Shown: piece by piece, positions 59,128-64,000 of the stretch
Numbering within the stretch: position 1 is the stretch's first letter
Layout: each line of letters begins with the position of its first letter
Assembly (NCBI RefSeq): GCF_964194155.1
Contig: NC_135898.1
Span: 92,194,001 to 92,258,000, forward strand
Reading direction: 5' to 3'
Length of the DNA stretch: 64,000 nucleotides
Origin: Cetorhinus maximus
Taxonomy: Eukaryota
Position numbers and translations under genes: made by a program
The notes under the pieces: generated by a model
What the model saw: only the letters and a program-made list of their open reading frames with translations
Database searches by the model: none
What the model was told of the DNA's origin: nothing

Positions 59128-59841
59128 ATATGACATTGGAGGTTCTGCTAATGCCCTGACTAAAATACCCTTTCGCAACCAAGCCACCAAACCATCATTT
59201 CACAAGTCGTTCATTTATTTCGTATAAGAACAGAAAATGCTCAAAACGACCAGGCAGCGGCCGTAGAGAGAGGTACAGAGTTAACGTTTCAGGTCGCTGA
59301 GTATTCATTTTGTTTACTCGTGGGATCTTTGCTCTGGATAAAATGCTCTGTAACCTCAGTCACTGAAACTCGTCGTTCATTTTTTTTGTGTGTGTAAAGC
59401 ATTGTGGCAGCGATTGTTAAGATCTCACTTTTTTGAGAAAATCAGTTCCCAAGGTCTCTCACTCAGCAGAGACTCAGTTTCCCCAAACACCTCACCCACT
59501 GGAACTTTAATTGAGTCCTTGCAACACAGAATAAAATGCAGAAAAATATTCAGTGGGTGTCTCAATCAGTCCATTTGTTTTAATCCCCATTATTCCCTTC
59601 AAAAGATTTTCTCCGCTTCCCAGCAGGTGGGTGGGAGAGGCAGGGAGGGGGGATTCAAGGTCATGCTTGTGCAGTGGCCATGACACTGAACTACCAACCC
59701 TAACATTTGTAAGTTCAAATCCTACAATGGTAACTCGTGAAGTTAATTAATGGTAATAATTAATTGAGTCTGTTTGGCACCAAAAACAGAACAAAAAAGT
59801 ATGGCAGGATCATTGTAAAAACCCAACTGTTTGGATTGTAG

Positions 59842-60147
59842 AAATAAAAACAAAAAACTGCGGATGCTGGAAATCCAAAACAAAAACAGAAACAGAAATA
59901 CCTGGAAAAACTCAGCAGGTCTGGCAGCATCGGCGGAGAAGAGCACAGTTGACGTTTCGAGTCCTCATGACCCTTCAACAGAACTAAGTAAAAATAGGAA
60001 AAATAGGAATAATAGGAATAATCACCCCTTTCCTATTTTTACTTCGTTCTGTTGAAGGGTCATGAGGACTCGAAACGTCAACTGTGCTCTTCTCCGCCGA
60101 TGCTGCCAGACCTGCTGAGTTTTTCCAGGTATTTCTGTTTCTGTTTT
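59842..60147. mobile_element. Young palindromic Penelope family 1 terminal insertion (two inverted pLTR ends)
   Basis: Arms ~59872-60001 and ~60029-60157 differ by about 1 substitution and 1 indel. Flanked by tgtttggattgtag at 59828-59841 and 60148-60161. Confidence 0.9.
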
Positions 60148-60980
60148 TGTTTGGATTGTAGGGTTAGGGCCAATGGTTAAACTGTCAGGTTTGCATTAGG
60201 GATTACAAAATGATTCCCTAATGTTGGGAAAGCGAAGCCGCTTTCCTTGGTCTGGGCCTACGAGGGATTCCTCTCCCGGACCACAGTGCCCTCAGGGTGG
60301 CATCCCACTTTGTTGAGAAAACAATGGCTACAAAGTAAGAGGGCCGACCGTCAACTTCTAATGGGCAATTTGAGATGCGCAATAAAGGCAGCTCGTCAGG
60401 ATTGTCCACAACCTGAGCCCAAATAAAAGACAAGAAGCCTTTGTTCCCCCTAAAGTAAAACACCAGACAAACTTATTGACCAGATGCTGTCGCTAAAGGA
60501 GCGGGGAAGAATTCTAGCCCCAGTCCAACTAAATTAAGGTCCTTTATTTGAAAAATGTGTACGGTGAACAAAATATGGATTCACTGGAGAGATGCTTAGT
60601 TGATGTCACAAAGACACCATGGCAAATGACTTTTAGAGGAAACAGCACAAATCAACATCCTCTTTCTCTCTGTCTGCCATTGAGGAGATACCAGAGACAG
60701 GAAAACCCATTGGTTAACTGGAACATCGTCTGGGTACAGGATTCAGTGACCAGCCCCGACGCTTAATTTTTTTGGTCCGTTTTTCAGAATTCCTTCAACA
60801 ATCATCGACACTTCCTTGATCTTGCTGAAGGGGTAGCGAGTAAACTATTATCTGTCATCGCATCACAGAAGCCAGGAAGCCAGACACTAATCCATGAAGT
60901 AAAAGAAAACCATTCAGCAAACAAGCCAACCGAAGACTTGTTGCTAGGCAACTGCTTCACTTTAATCAGAGTGTCGTGCG

Positions 60981-61305
60981 AAGGAATGGATGGCACAGTG
61001 GGTTAGGCACTCGGCATTCACTCTGGGACCTGTCTTCAAAGCTCGTCCAGACTGATTAGATGAGTCTACCTTTTTTTTTTGAATGTAGATAACGAGACCC
61101 ACACAACATGAGTTTGGAAAGTTTGAATCCGGTTCATAATGGGCATGAGACTACAAGATAAAACTGTCTCTATTTTTGGCGCTAATTAGCAAGCTCGCTG
61201 GAGCTGGCACAGTATGGCTAGTGAAGGAAATGTTGGAATACCAGATAAGGGCATGTACCTCCTGAGATAGTTATTGAGATATATTGCCAGGGGCGCCGCA
61301 GAGCC
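60981..61305 (+). mobile_element. LF-SINE-like ancient SINE relic
   Basis: Colinear blocks resemble the LF-SINE consensus as I recall it: ggaatggatggcacagtgg; atgagtttgg...atccggttcataatgggca; ttggcgctaattagca; ttgagatatattgccaggg. Confidence 0.5.
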
Positions 61306-62217
61306 CTTGATCTAGGAGTTCCTAAACCACCAACTGCTCCCGGAACTGACAACAAACCTCACTTTAATGATCACTAAATACACTAATAGTAAATACAAGA
61401 AGGGATCGCTATGGCCCTGGGATTCTGATGGTGGGGGATTACGTCTTATAGCCCTACACCTCCACTCGGGCTTTTCAAATCTTCAAAGTCCAGTGAGATG
61501 GCTGCATGCAGCTCCCACTGTGTGAGTGGGGGATTAGGAACTGGAGTCAGAAAGGTGGTTTCCCTCAGTTATCACAAACACAGCTCTTACTGAAACACCG
61601 ACAGAGAACTTGGAGAATGATGTTACATTTTGATAAAAGATGATTCACCCAACAATTATTTTCATGACACAATCATTTACTAAAAGAACGAGTGCTGTAT
61701 GTAATAAATAAGGATCCGTGAAGTGTGAAAACATTGAATTAAGCTTGTGAGCTCCGAACATCAGATGACATGATGCTTAATATTCCTTTATGGCACTTTA
61801 TGAATCTATTGAATCCACAGTTGCTGAGAGACAATTTATCTAATCTCTTCATTGCTGATAGCAGCTTGATGAACAAATTCTTAAATACCAGTGTGGTAGC
61901 CAGAGAGAGTGCGGTGTGGAAGGTGCCTGGGGGAAAAAAATAATCACAACAATCCTATCTCATAGTCATAGCTAAAGTGAGCAAGGGCAGTTTGCAATTC
62001 AAAGAACAGCTACTGGAGTGAGTTATGATCTCTCCAGGTGCCCTTTGCTAGATAAAGATACTTGTTGATCATGGAAGAACATATACAAATTCCCTTGTTA
62101 CATGCAAAACAAATGCACAAAACATTCTGAGGACGTGTGGAAGGAAAACACGTTGGAGTATAGTCAGCATCTTCAGGATTCTTTGGCGGGAATATTAGGA
62201 TCTTGGCAAAATGGGAG

Positions 62218-62430
62218 GCTTGCTTTTGTATAGCGCCTTTCACGACCTCAGTGTTTACAGAAGCACTTTACAATCAGTGGAGTACTTTGAACTTTCATAA
62301 TGTAAGAAATGGGACAGACAAGATGTGCACAACACGATCCCATTGGTAGCGATATGATAACCATCAGATAATTTCTTCGTTGAGGGATAAATATTTGGGT
62401 CATGAGGATGTCCCCAGGGCTTAACCTGCA
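62218..62430 (-). mobile_element. DeuSINE 3' fragment
   Basis: tatagcgcctttcacgacctcag...agtactttgaa...gttgagggataaatatt. Confidence 0.65.
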
Positions 62431-63297
62431 TGTTTAAAGAGGACCCCACCAGCTTGGGATGGGTGTCCTAATTGGCCCCCACCCATTCCATTTCAACTGT
62501 CCTCCCCCCGACTGTTTAAAATCAAGGGTTGAATGTTTACCACGTGTCACGGCAGTATGAGATGGGAACCAAGACAAAAGACAGAGCCTGAAATGTTTGT
62601 TTGGACAAATCATTTTATCAGGGCCCACACCAACCTTCAGCACTCATCAACCACCGAATCGCGAGAATAACCTCAGGCCCTGAGATTTCACAACATCAAC
62701 CAAGAATTCCAACAGCTCCACAGGATTGCTGCAAGAGGATGAATGATCTCAAGTAGAAATCAATGAGCTAATGATCCATCGCAGAAGAAAGAAAGTGGAA
62801 GCATTAAAAACCCTTAGTTGCGTGAGTGAGTGGGCGAGAGTAAAACATGAGAATTCCCTCGTACCTCTTCAGAGTCTGGATAGTCAATTGAATATCAAGC
62901 CGTGTGCTTTTCTCTCATCCCCAGTGTGAAAATACTGTTCGCAAACTTGACCTTAATCAGCTTGCTAACAGCAGTTTTGTAAGATCATTGTATAGAATTT
63001 GAATTTATGTAGCACCTTTCTCAATCCCAGCACCTCCATAGCATTTTTCGGCCAATGAAGTATGGTTTTAAAGTGTAGACATGGTTGCATTGTAAGAAAC
63101 TTGGAAGCCAATTTGCGCACCGCACGATCCCATAAACAGCAATGTGATATTGTGCAGATAATCTCATTCTGTTAATGCACTGAGCCGTGAGTGCGCACAT
63201 TATTTCACATGAGTAAAAGCCTATGTCTGCATTGCTTAGATGGAGTTGAACTGCATGAGTTATTGCTCTAGACTTTCTTCTTATCTCCAGTACTTAA

Positions 63298-63445
63298 TAA
63301 AAACTCAGCAGGTCTGGCAGCATCGGTAGAGAGGGAAACCGAGTTCACGTTTCAGGCCTTCATCTGATGAAAGGTCACAAACATGTTTCTCTCTCCACAG
63401 ATACTGCCTGACCTGCTGAGCATTTCCAACATTTTCTGTTTTTAT
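63298..63445. mobile_element. Older fold-back pair of Penelope terminal fragments
   Basis: aaaactcagcaggtctggcagcatc...gagag is mirrored by ctctctccacagatactgcctgacctgctgag, with a central ctgatga. Confidence 0.7.
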
Positions 63446-63457
63446 ATCATTATTGAG

Positions 63458-64000
63458 ATGTGCTGCTGAGGCTTTATAAGTCTCTGGTCAGACCACATTT
63501 AGAATATTGTGAGCAATTTTGGACCCCGTATCTCAGGAAGGATGTGCTGGCCCTGGAGAGAGTCCAGAGGAGGTTCACGAAAATGATCCCAGGAATGAAA
63601 GGCTTAACATATGAGGAACATTTGAGGACTCTGAGTCTATACTCGATGGAGTTTAGAAGGATGAGGGGGGGATCTGATTGAAACTTACAGAATACTGAAA
63701 GGCCTGGATAGAGTGGACGTGTGGAAGATGTTTCATTTAGTAGGAGAGACTAGGACCTGAGGGCACAGCCTCAGAGTAAAGGGAAGACCTTTTAGAAGAG
63801 AGATGAGGAGAAACTTCTTTAGCCAGAGAGTGGTGAATCCATGAAATTCATTGCCACAGAAGGCTGTGGAGGCCAGGTCATTGAGTGTATTTAAGACTGA
63901 GATAGATAGGTTCTTGATTGGTAACCGGATCAAAGGTTACGGGGAGAAGGTGGGAGAATGGGGTTGAGAAATTTATCAGCCATGATTGAATGGCAGGGCA
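63458..64000 (+). mobile_element. CR1 family B (HER1-like) ORF2 C-terminus and tail, running off the window
   Basis: LLRLYKSLVRPHLEYCEQFWTPYLRKDVLALERVQRRFTKMIPGMKGLTYEEHLRTL, the canonical CR1 ORF2 C-terminal signature. Confidence 0.92.

Overview
This is eukaryotic, repeat-dense, non-genic (intronic or intergenic) DNA. Its repeat families point to a cartilaginous fish (shark-like), which is an inference from repeat content only. I found no intact host protein-coding gene, rRNA, tRNA or CRISPR array; most ORFs in the track are LINE/Penelope remnants or chance ORFs. Main content: many decayed copies of two CR1/L2-group LINE families, two tRNA-derived SINE families (one DeuSINE/SacSINE1-like), two Penelope families with minimal hammerhead ribozyme (HHR) motifs, many PIF/Harbinger-type MITEs, two Harbinger Myb/SANT gene relics, and a 4 kb hAT element filled with a gapped (CA)-rich microsatellite. 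The most notable theme is inverted architecture: a ~560-bp-arm palindrome with an identity gradient (31.6-32.8 kb), a LINE-anchored inverted duplication of unique DNA (1.0-1.7 kb vs 9.9-10.5 kb), a young Penelope fold-back with a 14-bp TSD, and inverted segments in CR1 and Penelope copies. Also notable: a 77-bp tandem array built from a MITE terminus, Penelope HHRs with a recurrently non-canonical core position 6, and an LF-SINE-like relic. I cannot support a new multi-gene system here. Family names come from recalled consensus features, not database searches. Repeat boundaries are approximate unless TIR/TSD positions are given, and identity values are hand estimates.
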